Shown: positions 28,892 to 41,037 of the stretch, piece after piece
Layout of the letters: each line of letters opens with the position of its first letter
Position numbering within the stretch: the first letter of the stretch is position 1
DNA from: Dicyema japonicum
Lineage: Eukaryota > Animalia > Dicyemida
Length of the DNA: 64,000 nucleotides
Reading direction: 5' to 3'
Assembly: GCA_011109175.1 (NCBI GenBank)
Contig: RDEW01000008.1
Coordinates: 264,588 to 328,587, forward strand
The notes under the pieces: generated by a model
Seen by the model: only the letters and a program-made list of their open reading frames with translations
What the model was told of the DNA's origin: nothing
Database searches by the model: none
Position numbers and translations under genes: made by a program

Positions 28892-30113
28892 CAGAGGTTG
28901 TCAAACGGTGTGCCGCGGCACACTAAGTGTGCCGCAAGACAATTTCTAGTGTGCCGCCTTCCAAATACAAATTTGAATAAATTTATATACATTTTTGACC
29001 TAATTAATTTAAAAAGATAAACGAATTAAAATAATTACTAAAATTAAAATAATCATTTTTTTATTATACATTAAATGACATTTACATTGGTTAACCATTG
29101 TTCCTTCCAAATACAAATTTGAATAAATTTATATACATTTTTGACCTAATTAATTTAAAAAGATAAACGAATTAAAATAATTACTAAAATTAAAATAATC
29201 ATTTTTTTATTATACATTAAATGACATTTACATTGGTTAACCATTGTTTATTAATTTTTTAATAACATGTCGCATCAACGTGCTTATGGGTAAATCAGTT
29301 CGTCGTTCTTATAGAGATTCTTATTTGTCATTTGGATGTATATGCAAAATAAAAATAAACTACCTCAATGTCTAATTTGCATGGATTTTTTGGCAAGTGA
29401 TGCTATGGTTCCTAGCAAACTAAAGAGACATTTTACTTCCAAGCATCCGGAATATTCCGAAAAATCTGTGGATTATTTTATCCATTTGAAAAAAACAACT
29501 TAAGTATTATTTGGTTTTTACTATGAATCGTAGATCTAGTCAAATGATGTTCAGTGAAACTTTTTTAAACACAAAGGAATCATTGAAATGTTCATACCTG
29601 ATTTCAGAAGTGATATCAAAACAACTAAAACCTCATAATATTGGCGAAAACTTGATAATCCCTGCTTGTCGTATTATTGCTCGGACTATGTTTGGTCATA
29701 AATATGAACAAAAAATAATGAAGATACCTTTGTCAGATAATACTGTTTCTCGTCGGATTTGTGCTGAAATGCGAGTGCCTTTGGTATCCATTCGACCTGA
29801 TATTGATGATATATGCAAAAACAATAATAATTAAGAATTCATTTTTTATTAATAAAAATTTGGGCATTAAATTACCAATTTTTGTACTTAGTTTTAAACA
29901 TCTTAAAAAATTAATTTTTTTATTTTTTATGTGTGCCGTGGATTATTTTTTTTACGATTAGTGTTTATTAATAAAAATTTGGGCATTAAATTACCAATTT
30001 TTGTACTTAGTTTTAAACATCTTAAAAAATTAATTTTTTTATTTTTTATGTGTGCCGTGGATTATTTTTTTTACGATTAGTGTGCCGCGAGAATTATTTT
30101 TTGAAAAGCTCTG
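28892..30113 (+). mobile_element. Non-autonomous hAT (Buster/ZBED5-8-like) element inserted in the 28S fragment
   Basis: Imperfect TIRs CAGAGGTTGTCAAAC and (reverse complement) CAGAGCTTTTCAAAA, 12/15 match. Perfect 8-bp TSD CCTTAGAG at 28884-28891 and 30114-30121 (nnnTAnnn). Subterminal GTGTGCCG repeats. Transposase remnant PQCLIC..LASDAMVPSKLKRHF..KH, KPHNIGENLIIPAC, IPLSDNTVSRRI. Confidence 0.92.
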
Positions 30114-30735
30114 CCTTAGAGGCTTCCAACTACTAAGGCTAGCTTCCTGTTGTCATAATCAACTGATATTTTTTATGGTATCCTGTGTGCGTCTAGTCAA
30201 GCACCTTAACCAGGCGTTTGGTTCATCCCACAGCGCCAGTCATGATTACCCTAATTGGCCCACTTGGCACCCTTATTTACGTATGACTACACTCAAGTTA
30301 GTCACACTTCTCACACGTTTAAAGTTTGAGAATAGTTTGCACCCGTATAAGCACAAATCCTCTAATCATTCGCTGTAACATATGAAACTAGTCGCCAGCT
30401 ATCCTGAGAGAAATTTCGGAGAGAACCAGCTACTAGATGGCTCTATTAGTATTTCGCCCCTATACCCAGCTTCGACAATCGATTTGACGTCAGAATCGCG
30501 ATAGACCTCCACCAGTGTTTCCACTAGATCATCTTAACCAGGTATAGTTCGCCATCTTTCGCGTTTTAACTAACTGGCTATCACTCCCTCTACAACCGTA
30601 GAATCAAAAAGGAGTGTATGTTACCGACTATATTGTCACATCTAATCACTTCCATTGCACCGCATGGAATAACTCTATTAGACTTGCTAGTACGGTAATC
30701 TCCTTGGTCCGTGTTTCAAGACGGGTCGGATAGAA
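30114..30735 (-). rRNA. 28S: Orphan 28S rRNA fragment (5' part, from the D2 end into domain II)
   Basis: Reverse-complement conserved blocks: ggttcatcccacagcgccag, cgccagctatcctgag, gaaccagctactagatgg, ctccttggtccgtgtttcaagacggg. Continuous with 28165-28891 once the hAT element and one TSD are removed. Confidence 0.88.
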
Positions 30736-30849
30736 CACCCTTGCATGTAAATCAAGCAAATACCAATCCTCAGTGCTTACAAGTTGGTTATAAACTGCAG
30801 TTCGATTTCATTAAAGAGCGAATTAATACTTTTCCAGTTCCTTAAAAGT

Positions 30850-31605
30850 TTGGAAAAACAGTCGACTGTGTGTTTGTGAAAGTCAGGGATTCTGCGAATA
30901 ATAAAAACAAAAAAGTAGCACTTGGCTACAATCGCAGGATTTCTTGCCTCTAAATATGCAATTGCCGACAGGGAAAGCATGGATATTAAGTCCCTCAAGG
31001 ACACTCAGAAAAAATATTTATTAAATAAAATTTATTGCAGAACACTACACTCAATTATGTTCAAATGTATTGATGAAACAAATGTCGACCTATATACTTC
31101 CTCGGAATGGTTATCCAAAGGAAATAACGGCCCACGGAGCGAAGCATTGTACTGTCTTTTGCAAGATAGGAATTTGTTTTTTGCACACACGGGGTCATTA
31201 TGCAACCATTGTAAAAAATGCAAGAAAACTGTTGATCATTTGGCCACTCAGTGTGGTAAAATGCTAAATAGTGATTATCTCCGAAGACATAATGAAGTGG
31301 TAAAGTGCATTCATCTTCATCTTTGTCGAATTTATGGAATCAAAAGAAGCAGGAAATTGAAAGGACATTCGGTTCAGTCAATATTGACGAATCAAAATGT
31401 CGAAATTAGAGTTGACACGTCGATTTTGACAGAAACAAAAGTCCAATACAATAAACCTGATATTATTGTGTATGACAAAACAAAGAAGGAAGTAACTTTA
31501 ATTGAAGTGGGGATTACCTCACAAGACCGACTAAAGCAAGTTGAGAAACTTCACAAATATGACTTGCTAGCAAATGAACTTTCGCTGCTCTATGAATGCA
31601 AGTGA
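30850..31605 (+). mobile_element. R4/NeSL-like non-LTR element, C-terminal zinc knuckle plus restriction-like endonuclease
   Basis: CNHC...VDHLATQC (CCHC), DYLRRHNEVV, NKPDII..D...LIEVGI, KYDLLANEL. Confidence 0.88.
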
Positions 31606-31609
31606 AGAT

Positions 31610-31740
31610 TAGGTTTATTAAAAATATTGAACATTGTAGACCGACGGAAACCTTGAAAGATGTGACTACAAGACACATACTTCTTGGGACGAGGATTATA
31701 ACCAGTGGATGGCTGGCATATCAGTCAAAAAATGTAGGTC
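31610..31740 (+). mobile_element. Merlin transposase fragment
   Basis: ETLKDVTTRHILLGTRIITSGWLAY matches R..TL..II..HI..GT.I.(S/T)D.W.AY. Confidence 0.55.
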
Positions 31741-31899
31741 ACTTAAATACATCACCAATTAAATATTTAATTTTTAACTAAAAAATTATCATATATTGAT
31801 TTGTTTGCAGGAAAGTGTCGGTGTCGTCATCTATTAGATGAGTTCCAAATTTTTTAATTTTTGAAAAAAGAAAACAAGTAAAGATTTTAGTTATGAGGG

Positions 31900-32010
31900 C
31901 AGGATTGCTAAGGCGTTCCCACTGATCACCGCCATTCGAGCCTCTGCTTCAACTAGAGTCCTTCATGAGGCTCGCTTCTTTTCAAAACAGGCCTTCTACC
32001 TATCCATCCG
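31900..32010 (-). mobile_element. CRE-type 3'-end remnant
   Basis: IGRR...EP.E...LKQRL..VISGNALAIL. Confidence 0.5.
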
Positions 32011-32399
32011 TCTCTTTTGTATTAAAACAATAAAATTTCGAATATTCGTTATAGCCCATAATCACATAGTTTTTCACATTAGTGTCTTTGAAATTTCAGT
32101 TTTTTATCATTAAAACTTTCAACTTTTTGTTGCCCTCAACACAACATGTGGTTGGCCATCCGTTTAAATCGTAATAGATACGTAATGTTACAGATAGACT
32201 TTCCTTTTCAATTGCTACTAATTTGGATTTGAACTCTTTTTCATTAATAAATTTTCGTTCTTTAAAAAAAAAAAAAAAAAAAAATTTGTTGGAATGAAGT
32301 CGATGGACATTGACTGTAAAGTTATTCGATTGATCGAATATTTTATTGTATAGAACAGTGGTTCTTAACCTTTTTTTAAGACAGCGTCCCTTTTTGATA

Positions 32400-33200
32400 C
32401 AATTTTAAACTTTTAAAAGGGACTTCATCTTGGGATTATGTTCCTCCCTCGGCCCCAAACAATCACGTATCAGCCAAATGGATCTTCTTAGTCACGACTG
32501 CGCGTTCCATGGTTCATTTGTATCATGGCTTCAAGAGGCATTGGTGGCTAGAATTCTCAAGAAATCCAGCGTTCCGTTATTTTGGAGGCTCTTTCTCGGA
32601 TAGCCTCAATCTTCAAGACATTTTTCCTAGAGATAAATGGCCCCAGATATCACATACGTAAAAAATGCATGGTTCAATGTATTGTTTGTATATAGGATGA
32701 TTTCCATACTTCCATAAACCTGTGAGACATTTCAAGACATTAATCTTCTTTTCGTATTTTGGTATAGCATTTTCTACATGGGGCGAGAATGAATAGTGCA
32801 TGTCAAAAGTCACCACAAGGATCCTTTGATATCTTCTAAAAAGGATAACTCTATTGTTTGCCTTCAGATCGACCGTCCGTTTTCCCATTCTCTTGTTTGA
32901 TGTAAATAGGGTTGTGACGGACTTCTAACTGCTGGTAGCTAGGCGATTCTTAGTTAGCCATTCGTCAATGCGGTCCAGATTTTGCTGCAATCTTGAAGTG
33001 GCGATCTGGATGTCCTGATAACGTGACGCAATTACAATCTCATAATATCATTAGGTGTGGGGAGGTTCGTCATCAATAGATCGAATAGTAATGGAGACAA
33101 AGGGGATTTTTTGGAAACACTAATAGGAAGAAGCCGAGAAATAGTCCACTCCGACCACAAAAAAAGTTAGCTAACCAGAGCTTAAGCTTTGAAGAGATGT
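32400..33200 (-). mobile_element. Jockey/I-group LINE RT to C-terminus, degenerate; same family as 37140-38140
   Basis: High nucleotide similarity to 37800-38140 (gattgca...aaatctggaccg...gaatcgccta). VTFDMHYSFSPHV, YKQYIEP. Confidence 0.75.
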
Positions 33201-33639
33201 TTGTTTGGTAAATTTTCTAAGTAAGAATCTTCCCTGAACAGAGTCAAAAGCTTTCTGAACGTTAATGGAGCAAAGTACAGTCAGTCTTCATGTGCCTCGG
33301 CCTGTGGGAATAACCCGGTTATTGTTAAAAATTATAGCATTTATAAGTCTGAAAGTAAATAAATTAAAAATTATATTTTTGAATGAACCAGAAATTTATT
33401 ACGAAATTAGACAATCAAAATAATAGAGAACACACTACCTTCTGTTATCCAATAATTATTTAAAACGTGGCGTCATGTGATCTACCAGTTATGGAAGTTC
33501 TGGAGGCGCTTAGGGGGCACTTAATACACCGCAAAAAAGGACTATTAACTACCTCCCATCCGAAGAAGGACTCTTCGGGCGATGGCCTCTTCCTTTTCTT
33601 AATTCCCCTCGGCTGAATGGATTTCTGATAATTCTCGCC

Positions 33640-34060
33640 GGTGATATTGAACTTAATTCAGGCCCCCCACTCTCAATTCTGCTGATGAACATCAACGGAA
33701 TCAAAAGCAAAATTTTCAAACTACGGTCTTTCATTAAAAAACAGAACATTGACCTGATTTTACTTCAAGAAAGCAGACTTACTCCTACATCACCTACCTC
33801 GCATTTTCCAGGATAACACATCATTATCCTGGACCGCTCATAGCATAGTGGTGGGGGGTCTCCTCATCACTATAAGAGATAACATTCGATTTACGAACAT
33901 CTCAACAAAACTACAATCACTAATAAACGATGGGACTACAGAAATATCTGGAACATCAATTACAAGTGGATTCTGGACTCTCAACATTACAAAAATCTAC
34001 GTCACACCTCCATCTTCTTGCCCAACAGGATTCTCTCTAAACCTAACCAAGTTAAACAAG
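33640..34060 (+). mobile_element. LINE apurinic-like endonuclease (N-terminal), with stops
   Basis: ILLMNINGIKSK...DLILLQES...GGGLLITIR. Confidence 0.75.
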
Positions 34061-34079
34061 CNCGTCGTTTGACATTATC

Positions 34080-34640
34080 AAGTAAGTTATGTCCGATTTA
34101 ATGAGCCGTTCGCGGTCTCGCTCATTAGAGAGCATGAACTTACACTTGCATTGACTGCTCTAACATCACTACAATTGGAATTGATAGACCTTCAATCAGA
34201 TGTGGAATTTACTAATATTGATTATTTGACGGAATTTATGGTTTACTTCCCAAAGAAAAATATCCGAATATAACTACAAATGCTTGTTCCCCGGTTAACA
34301 AACTATCAATTCNAATAATTGCGCTTTAATAAGCTTTACGCATGTATTAGCTCTAGATTTACAACAGTTATCCACCGTCGTTTGACATTATCAAGTAAGT
34401 TATGTCCGATTTAATGAGCCGTTCGCGGTCTCGCTCATTAGAGAGCATGAACTTACACTTGCATTGACTGCTCTAACATCACTACAATTGGAATTGATAG
34501 ACCTTCAATCAGATGTGGAATTTACTAATATTGATTATTTGACGAAATTTATGGTTTACTTCCCAAAGAAAAATATCCGATAATATCTACAAATGCTTGT
34601 TCCCCTGGTAACAAACTATCAATTGTTTTGATTGTTCCTT
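34080..34640 (+). mobile_element. hAT transposase C-terminal remnant (duplicated around an N)
   Basis: LQLELIDLQSDVEF...DYLTEF..LPKEKYPN matches the Buster/SPIN-type dimerisation region. Confidence 0.6.
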
Positions 34641-34763
34641 CTTTTCTACCTTGGATGTGTCGGGCTTTCTAGAATGCTCTAAAACCTTTGTTTTCTTGTA
34701 ATTTCCCGTCTGTCTAAAACCCAAAAATTTGATTCCATTACCGGATTTATTAAATCCCTCTAT

Positions 34764-35100
34764 ATGTTTGACTCTGTTTCTGGATCTTCCATCGATCACG
34801 TTACGTTTGAAAAAATTCTACCTCTTGCGTCGAGGCTACGAGTACAGAGACGTATTCAATTGAGGATCCCAAGGTACGTGCGGATGGTGGCAGCTGAGGT
34901 TCTTGCCCGTGCTATTGACTGGGCTACCTCGTCCTTGGAGACCATGGATTGGATTCCGTTATTTCTCTTACCCTAATAAAGATATTATTATCTCTTACCC
35001 TAATTGAACTTTAATTAGACTCCAATCGTTGAGGAGTTTCTACCGCTGCAATCCTTAGGTAATCTATTCAGTCGTTTGAGGATGGGATTCTTTTTCTTCC
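34764..35100 (+). mobile_element. CRE-like pre-RT fragment
   Basis: IQLRIPRYVRMVAAEVL...W..LF, homologous to RIPKAFRISIASAL...W..LF at 11300-11410. Confidence 0.55.
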
Positions 35101-35229
35101 CTCTCGAGCAGGGGTGTCTAACATGCGGTCCTCGAAAGGCATATGTGCAGCCCTCAACGTACTACGACAATCATAAGTGGTTGATGGAAAAATACATAGT
35201 TTGATATGTAACCAGTTTATCGCTATACC

Positions 35230-37135
35230 GAAAGAATACGACAATTGGTGAAAGGCATTACCAATCTAATCATCGCTCATACAATCATTTCGAAGGTATT
35301 AAGTTGCTTATTAACCAAGAATTGTATAAACGTATCCGTGTTTGTGTACTCAATCCTTTACGCTTTAGCCAGTTTTTCTTTCGGCTGCGTAGTTTGCATG
35401 TGTTTAAGACATAATTATGTCTTGTTCATCTCCCAATAACGATTAGAGTTTCTTTACTTTTCTCCTTGGATTTTTATCTGACTAGTGCAGTCAATTCTGT
35501 TTTCTCCACATTTACATTGAGGAATCACTCGACAAGTTTATTTGGCATCACCTCCACTAGGCTTTTCAGAGCATTCATGTCTAGAGAAATGAAATCCACG
35601 TCATAAGCCACCACATGGATTTTTTGCTTCGTAGTATGGTTTTAGCTCCCTCAATGCAGCTTCCAAGTATATGACAAATAGTATGGGAGATAACGGATCC
35701 CCTTAAGGTGTCTCAGATATTGTTTCAAATGGCATGGAGCCCTTGTCCCGTACGCTGACCGATAGGTAATTTTCTGATAAAAATATCCTGACCATATGGG
35801 TAGAAGATTCGTCAAGTAATTCTGTGAGGACATCCATCAATTTCTGACGATTGATTGAGTCAAAACTCTTGACATATCGATTCCAAGAATGTTTGTGGCG
35901 GTTTTGAACCTTTGAATAGTGGAACACAAAATGTCAGAAGTCGACTATCTTTCTCGAAAGCTGTGGAACTCGAATAAAAATTGTTCCGTACGAGGCTTTA
36001 TCCTTTGTAGAGAAATAATTGCAAGCATTTTCCGTATGCTGTTCATAAGAATTACTGGCCTAAGGTTTTCCACTTCTCCCTTAGCTTTGTTATGTTTTCA
36101 GACAGGGACCAGTATTCCTTGTCCAAAAGGTAAGTGGTTGGTCTTTTTAAACATTCCATTGAAGAGGTCCCCAATATGTATGTTTTCACTTCCATACTTT
36201 AGTAGCTCTGGTTCTAGCCCGTCTGGTCCCGGACTTTTGTTGTTTTTAAGCTTAAGACAGGCTTGTCGCACTTCTGCGGGAGTTATTTCCACCTCCAATT
36301 TCCTGGAATGAACAGTAAATGCTGCAATTCTGTTGCTGACTTATACAATTTCTTGAAGTGACCGGCAATTAATTCTGCAGAGTCTGCTATCCGTCTGCCA
36401 TTTTCGTCGTTCATGATTAGAGGTTGTCTGCGTTTGTGCCCACAGAGTAATCTGATCGCCTCATAGTACCTTCCATTGTCCTTCAGATCTTCAAGTGGCT
36501 TGATCTGTTTTTCAGTCTCGTTCCTTGAAATGGTGGAAACGTACTTTCTGATTTTCTTCTTGATATTTGTTCTTTCACGACTAAGCTCCTCTTTGATATG
36601 TTTGTCTTCAGTGTTTAAGTATTAAAGCCAAATAGATTTTTGTTTTTTACAAGGAGTGATATCTCTGTTGTCCCCCTTGGTGATGTGCTGACCATTTCTG
36701 TGTCTAGAAGCTGTATGTTTGCTGCCCCTCGTATTGATTCTTACAATTATTTCCAGACTTTGTTAATTTGTTTCCACACTGCTCAGCTTCATGTCGAGGC
36801 ATCTCCTGTAGTCATCCCTCTTTTGTTGTAATGATAGTCCGTTTAGGTAAAGTTTTTGTGTATCGTGTGGATCATCGACAATGTTAAGCAAATTACTCCT
36901 GTTATGTGTATCGTGTGACTCTGGTTTTTATTTTCTTCTCTGTTAATTGTCTATTCAGTGACATTCTGGCGATGACCATTTTGTGGGCACTGTCAAAATT
37001 CGACTTGCCATATGACCTTGCGTTGGTGAAAAGAGTTTTATCTTTGGTTCGGCATATTATATAGTCAATCCGATTGTAGATGTTTATAAATTCACCACAA
37101 GATTTCTTCCTACACCCTGTCCAGGTAGTTTTGTT
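35230..37135 (-). mobile_element. RTE-clade LINE (APE C-terminus plus RT), heavily decayed
   Basis: NRIDYIIC..NARSYG...DSAHKMV; LKNNKSPGPDG; FDSINRQKL; YDVDFIS; WLKRKG...RIRLYN. Confidence 0.8.
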
Positions 37136-37139
37136 TCTT

Positions 37140-38140
37140 GCGGAATTCATGAATGCATTGTTACAGAGAATCTTGGCACGATGCTCCTCCCTCGACCCCG
37201 CACAAGCACGTATTGGTCGAGTGACTGGACCTTCGCAGTCACGACGGCGCGTTCCATGGTTCATTCTTATCAAGGTTTCAAAAGGCATTGGTGGCTGGAG
37301 CTCTCCAGAAATCAAGCGTTACGTAATTTTGGAGGCTCTTTTCCAGCTATCCTCGATGTTCAAGACATTCGTACAAAAGATGAGTGGACCCATATACCAC
37401 ATGCATAAAAGATGCATGATTCAATGAATTGTTTATATACAGTGCTCAGATCAGAATGCTTTTCGATATTCCATAACTGTGAGACATTTCAGAACGTTGG
37501 TTTTCTTTTCGTATTTCGTAATTACGTTTTCAANGTTACGTAATTTTGGAGGCTCTTTTCCAGCTATCCTCGATGTTCAAGACATTCGTCCAAGAGATGA
37601 GTGGACCCATATACCACATGCATAAAAGATGCATGATTCAATGAATTGTTTATATACAGTGCTCAGATCAGAATGCTTTTCGATATTCCATAACTGTGAG
37701 ACATTTCAGAACGTTGGTTTTCTTTTCGTATTTCGTAATTACGTTTTCAATAAGGGGAGAAAATGACATATACATGTGAAAAGTCACCCCAGAATCATTT
37801 GGGATTTTCTGAAAGGAATAGCTTCATTGTTTGCCTTCAGTTAGACCATCCGTCTTCCTAGTCTCTTGTCTGAAGTAAATAGAGTTGCGACGGACTTTTA
37901 AATGCTGGCAGTTAGGCGATTCTTCGGTAGCCATTTGTCAAGACGGTCCAGATTTTCTTGCAATCGCAAAGTGGCAATCTGAATGTCCTGATCGCGTGAC
38001 GCAATTACAATGTCGTCGGCATAAGTCATAATAATATCAGTTTCGGAGTCTGGAGTGGGGAGGTCCGCCATGAATAGATTGAATAAAACTGGAGACAAAG
38101 GGGATCCTTGGGAAACCCCTATTATTAATATTAAGCACAC
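37140..38140 (-). mobile_element. Jockey/I-group LINE RT plus 3' region
   Basis: GVSQGSPLSPVLFNLFM, TYADD, RPIRACAGSREEHRA. Confidence 0.85.
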
Positions 38141-38159
38141 CGCAAAACAACGTCAGTAA

Positions 38160-39003
38160 AGTTATCTCGCTTGTGCCATCCTTTCCTGGATGCGTTTTGT
38201 TAACCGCTTCCAGTTCCTTCTGTTCCGCGATAGGTCGATCAGGTGCTCAAGATCATCTGCCCTTTCCCAATCGAAGTTAGGTCTTGATGTAGATGGGTTG
38301 GTAGAATAATTCGTGATCTTCCTCGATCCCTGATGAGGAGCATAGTGGTGTTCCATCGCGAGATTAGCGAGAGTATTCCTGTCCATTCTTGAAATATGAC
38401 CAAATAAGCCCCATCTGTTACTTCTTATTTCTCCGTCCAATGAGTGGATATCGTAATGGGAATAGAGGTGTGCTTTGGCCAAGAAATTCTTAGAATGTAT
38501 CTGAGTTGCATTTCATGAAAGGAGTTCAGACATTGTGAATTCCCAGGTAGAAGAGTTGTACAGTAAAACCGGTTTTACGAACATATTGTATAATTTGATT
38601 TTTAAAGAGGCAGAAATTTGTTTACCTCGTAACCATACGTTGTTTAGTCTTTTAAGAGAGAAAGCTACTAGTGATTTCTTCGTACTATATCTTCTGTATC
38701 TCCTAAGAGAGTGCCAAGTTTCTTCGTATGCCTCCATTTTTCCTCGTGTCGTTGTTTGCATCGCTTTACTATTGTATATTCTGTTTTCTCGGTGTTAATT
38801 TTTAGGAATGATTTTTCAAATGTTTTGCTCAATTTGTCGATAATACCTTCTAATTGGTGGTCTGCTGCCGTGAGGTCTATGTCATTTGCGAAGATGACTT
38901 CCGTTATATGTCTGGGGATATTATTCCTGGCCTCTCCTAGGATTGCCTCCAGATGTGCGATGAATAAGACCGATGATAGGGCGTCTCCTTGGGGTGCCCG
39001 CAA
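38160..39003 (-). mobile_element. RTE-clade LINE RT C-half to 3' end, frameshifted
   Basis: APQGDALSSVLF, FANDIDL, EEKWRHTKKLGTLLG, LLYNSSTW, RWGLFGHISRM. Confidence 0.85.
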
Positions 39004-39235
39004 TTGATTTAAAAGACAATTACAAAAATATGTCCAAATAAGTCCTTAGTGTTTATGATTAGCGTCAGCGAGTGTACCACTATACACCAATGTCTCTATT
39101 TTAATGTCCAGACATCTTATTAACCTGGATACGGAGAAAAGAGTCAGTGATGGAAGCCATCTTAAACAGGCGGGCCAATTGACGTCAATCCACGGAAGGC
39201 TTATGACAATATTAGTGCAGTAACTGGTAATGTAT

Positions 39236-40231
39236 TTAATATAACAAAATTGGTGAATTATTAATTAACTCCATGCAAGTAATGGGCATATTATGAACTT
39301 TCAACGACAATAGAAGCCTAAGAGTGTTACAGTCCCATATTTTGAGGTTCTCTGAGTTTATGGATAATAACCTAATTCCATTCTTGTGGTAAATCGGGAT
39401 ACAATCAAATATCCAATTACTGATCTCAATGTCATCATTAACATCCGTTATCGTATAACATGGCTTAAAGATCCCTGATTCAAACACAGAAATAGTCCCA
39501 TTTGATGAAGTAAAAATCTGATCACCTAATATTCTACAGGAAAGCAGACATCCATTTCCTGCGTTAAAACTCGCAAGTCCCCTTCTATCACTGAGATTCC
39601 GTAAATCGTACACGTGACAATTTCCTTTAGTAGTTCCCACAAGTAAATGGTATTTTGAGGGATCAACGGCTAAGGTAGAAATTTGATTATAAGGAGTAGT
39701 CAGAAAAATATCCCTGGAACCTCTTTTGTCAACAAGGTGTATTCTACCGGCTGAATCTCCACCAATGCACAAATTCTTAAATAAAACTGAGAACTACCAT
39801 AAACGGATGATGAACTAGTTTAAAAATAGGAAAATGAGAATCATATGATATAACCCTCCTAACTCCTTCTTCCACGTCGCATATTTGAAGTGTTCTTTTC
39901 TTGCTTTCAAAGGCCAAGTAAATCGAGGAATCGTCGTTGCTAAACTTGTGATTGACAATGTTATTTCTTCCAAATTGACGTCGTTCTAATTCCTGTACAG
40001 TTTATTATAGAACCAACGTTGAGGGAAAAGTCATACAGACATACATTTTCGAATCCTCCAGCAGCAATCAAATCACTATTGGAAGTGACTTGAGCACAGT
40101 TCACCTGCGACGCACCGAAATCTACTGATTTGAATGTCGAAGGAAATTGTTCGTAAAGTTTTATGGTTTTATCCAAACTACACGAGATGAGACCAAAATC
40201 TAAAATTTCAACATAACACAAAACCATTCAT
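39236..40231 (-). CDS. MLST8: Divergent target of rapamycin complex subunit LST8 (WD40), about 307 aa, 4 exons
   Basis: Exons 40231-40225, 40199-40018, 39992-39798, 39775-39236. Introns of 25, 25 and 22 nt; 924 nt in frame. LISCSLDKTIK, SQVNCAQVT..LIAAGGF..V.LYD, PI..L.HHP, GDSAGRIHL, GNCHVYDL and W.FDC align with LST8 blades. Confidence 0.8.
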
Positions 40232-40399
40232 AAATTTAATAAAAAATATTTTAATTTTATTTCTAAATACTATTTCTTGAAATTTATTTGGATATTTTTT
40301 ATACACACTATGATTACGAATATTTTCTAAAGACGAATTGTTCTGTCAAGGTTCTCAACAGCTTCTCTTTTACCCATAAGGGATTTGAACACGAATCAT

Positions 40400-40620
40400 T
40401 TTATATTAATTTGCTATTTTTACTATCAGAAGATCGATGGATATTGAAAGGCAGTTTTCTAAAAATCTACAAAATATTCAATTTTGTTTACTTACCCATG
40501 TTCTCTTCAAGTGAAGGAAACTGATAAGTAAATAGAAAAGTAGCATCCAAAACAGACGCTTCAGGGATCGGTCAGATGTATCTGGTGTGCCGAACTGTCT
40601 TGTTGTCTAGAAAAGGCATA
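40400..40620 (+). mobile_element. Possible Gypsy RNase H remnant
   Basis: KTDASGIG motif only. Confidence 0.3.
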
Positions 40621-40689
40621 ATAATACTGCAATTTACGATAGTCATATTACCTATAACTCCTCCTAGGCAGGACACGCACTTTATTTAA

Positions 40690-41037
40690 GTAAAGAGCAG
40701 TTATCATAACTAATCGATAAGGGAGAACCAAGGTATGCTTTTTTTCTTTGCGAGTCCTTTTATAGACGATCCGGTTCCGCAGTGAAATGTTCCCTGATGA
40801 CGCCGTCACTCATCAAGCCAAAGCATCGAGTATGTGTGAAACCTTCCGCCGAAGAATGAATTGATGTCTACTACGGTAGGAAGTGTGATGGAAATGGAAG
40901 AGGCAGAACCTACTTCTCTACTTATCGGAAGTCTGTAATGGACAATTAGAGGATGGATTTGGTCGACACAAGCAGACGTTCTCCATTGGGTTCCTTCCTT
41001 GGATTAATTAGTTTTGACTGTTTGTGTTGGGATTACA
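40690..41037 (+). repeat. Unassigned dispersed repeat (other copies 9330-9440 rc, 43984-44292 rc, 60010-60060 rc, 60255-60345)
   Basis: Shared cores gagtcc...tagac.atcc.gttccg.a.tg.a...ctgatgacg and gaagaatgaattgatgtctactacgg...gggattac. Confidence 0.75.

Noticed and set aside
30735-30900. R4/NeSL-like element adjacent to the 28S fragment as a site-specific rDNA insertion
   Set aside because: It is antisense to the rRNA, sits near D2 rather than the known R1/R2/R4 sites, has no downstream 28S flank or TSD, and other family copies are dispersed.
32356-32375. hAT-like TIR CAGTGGTTCTTAACC (and CAGGGGTGTCTAAC at 35109)
   Set aside because: No partner TIR or matching TSD found, so element boundaries cannot be supported.
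39798-39992. Suspected frameshift in LST8 exon 3
   Set aside because: The exon is 195 nt between two phase-0 junctions, so the frame is preserved.
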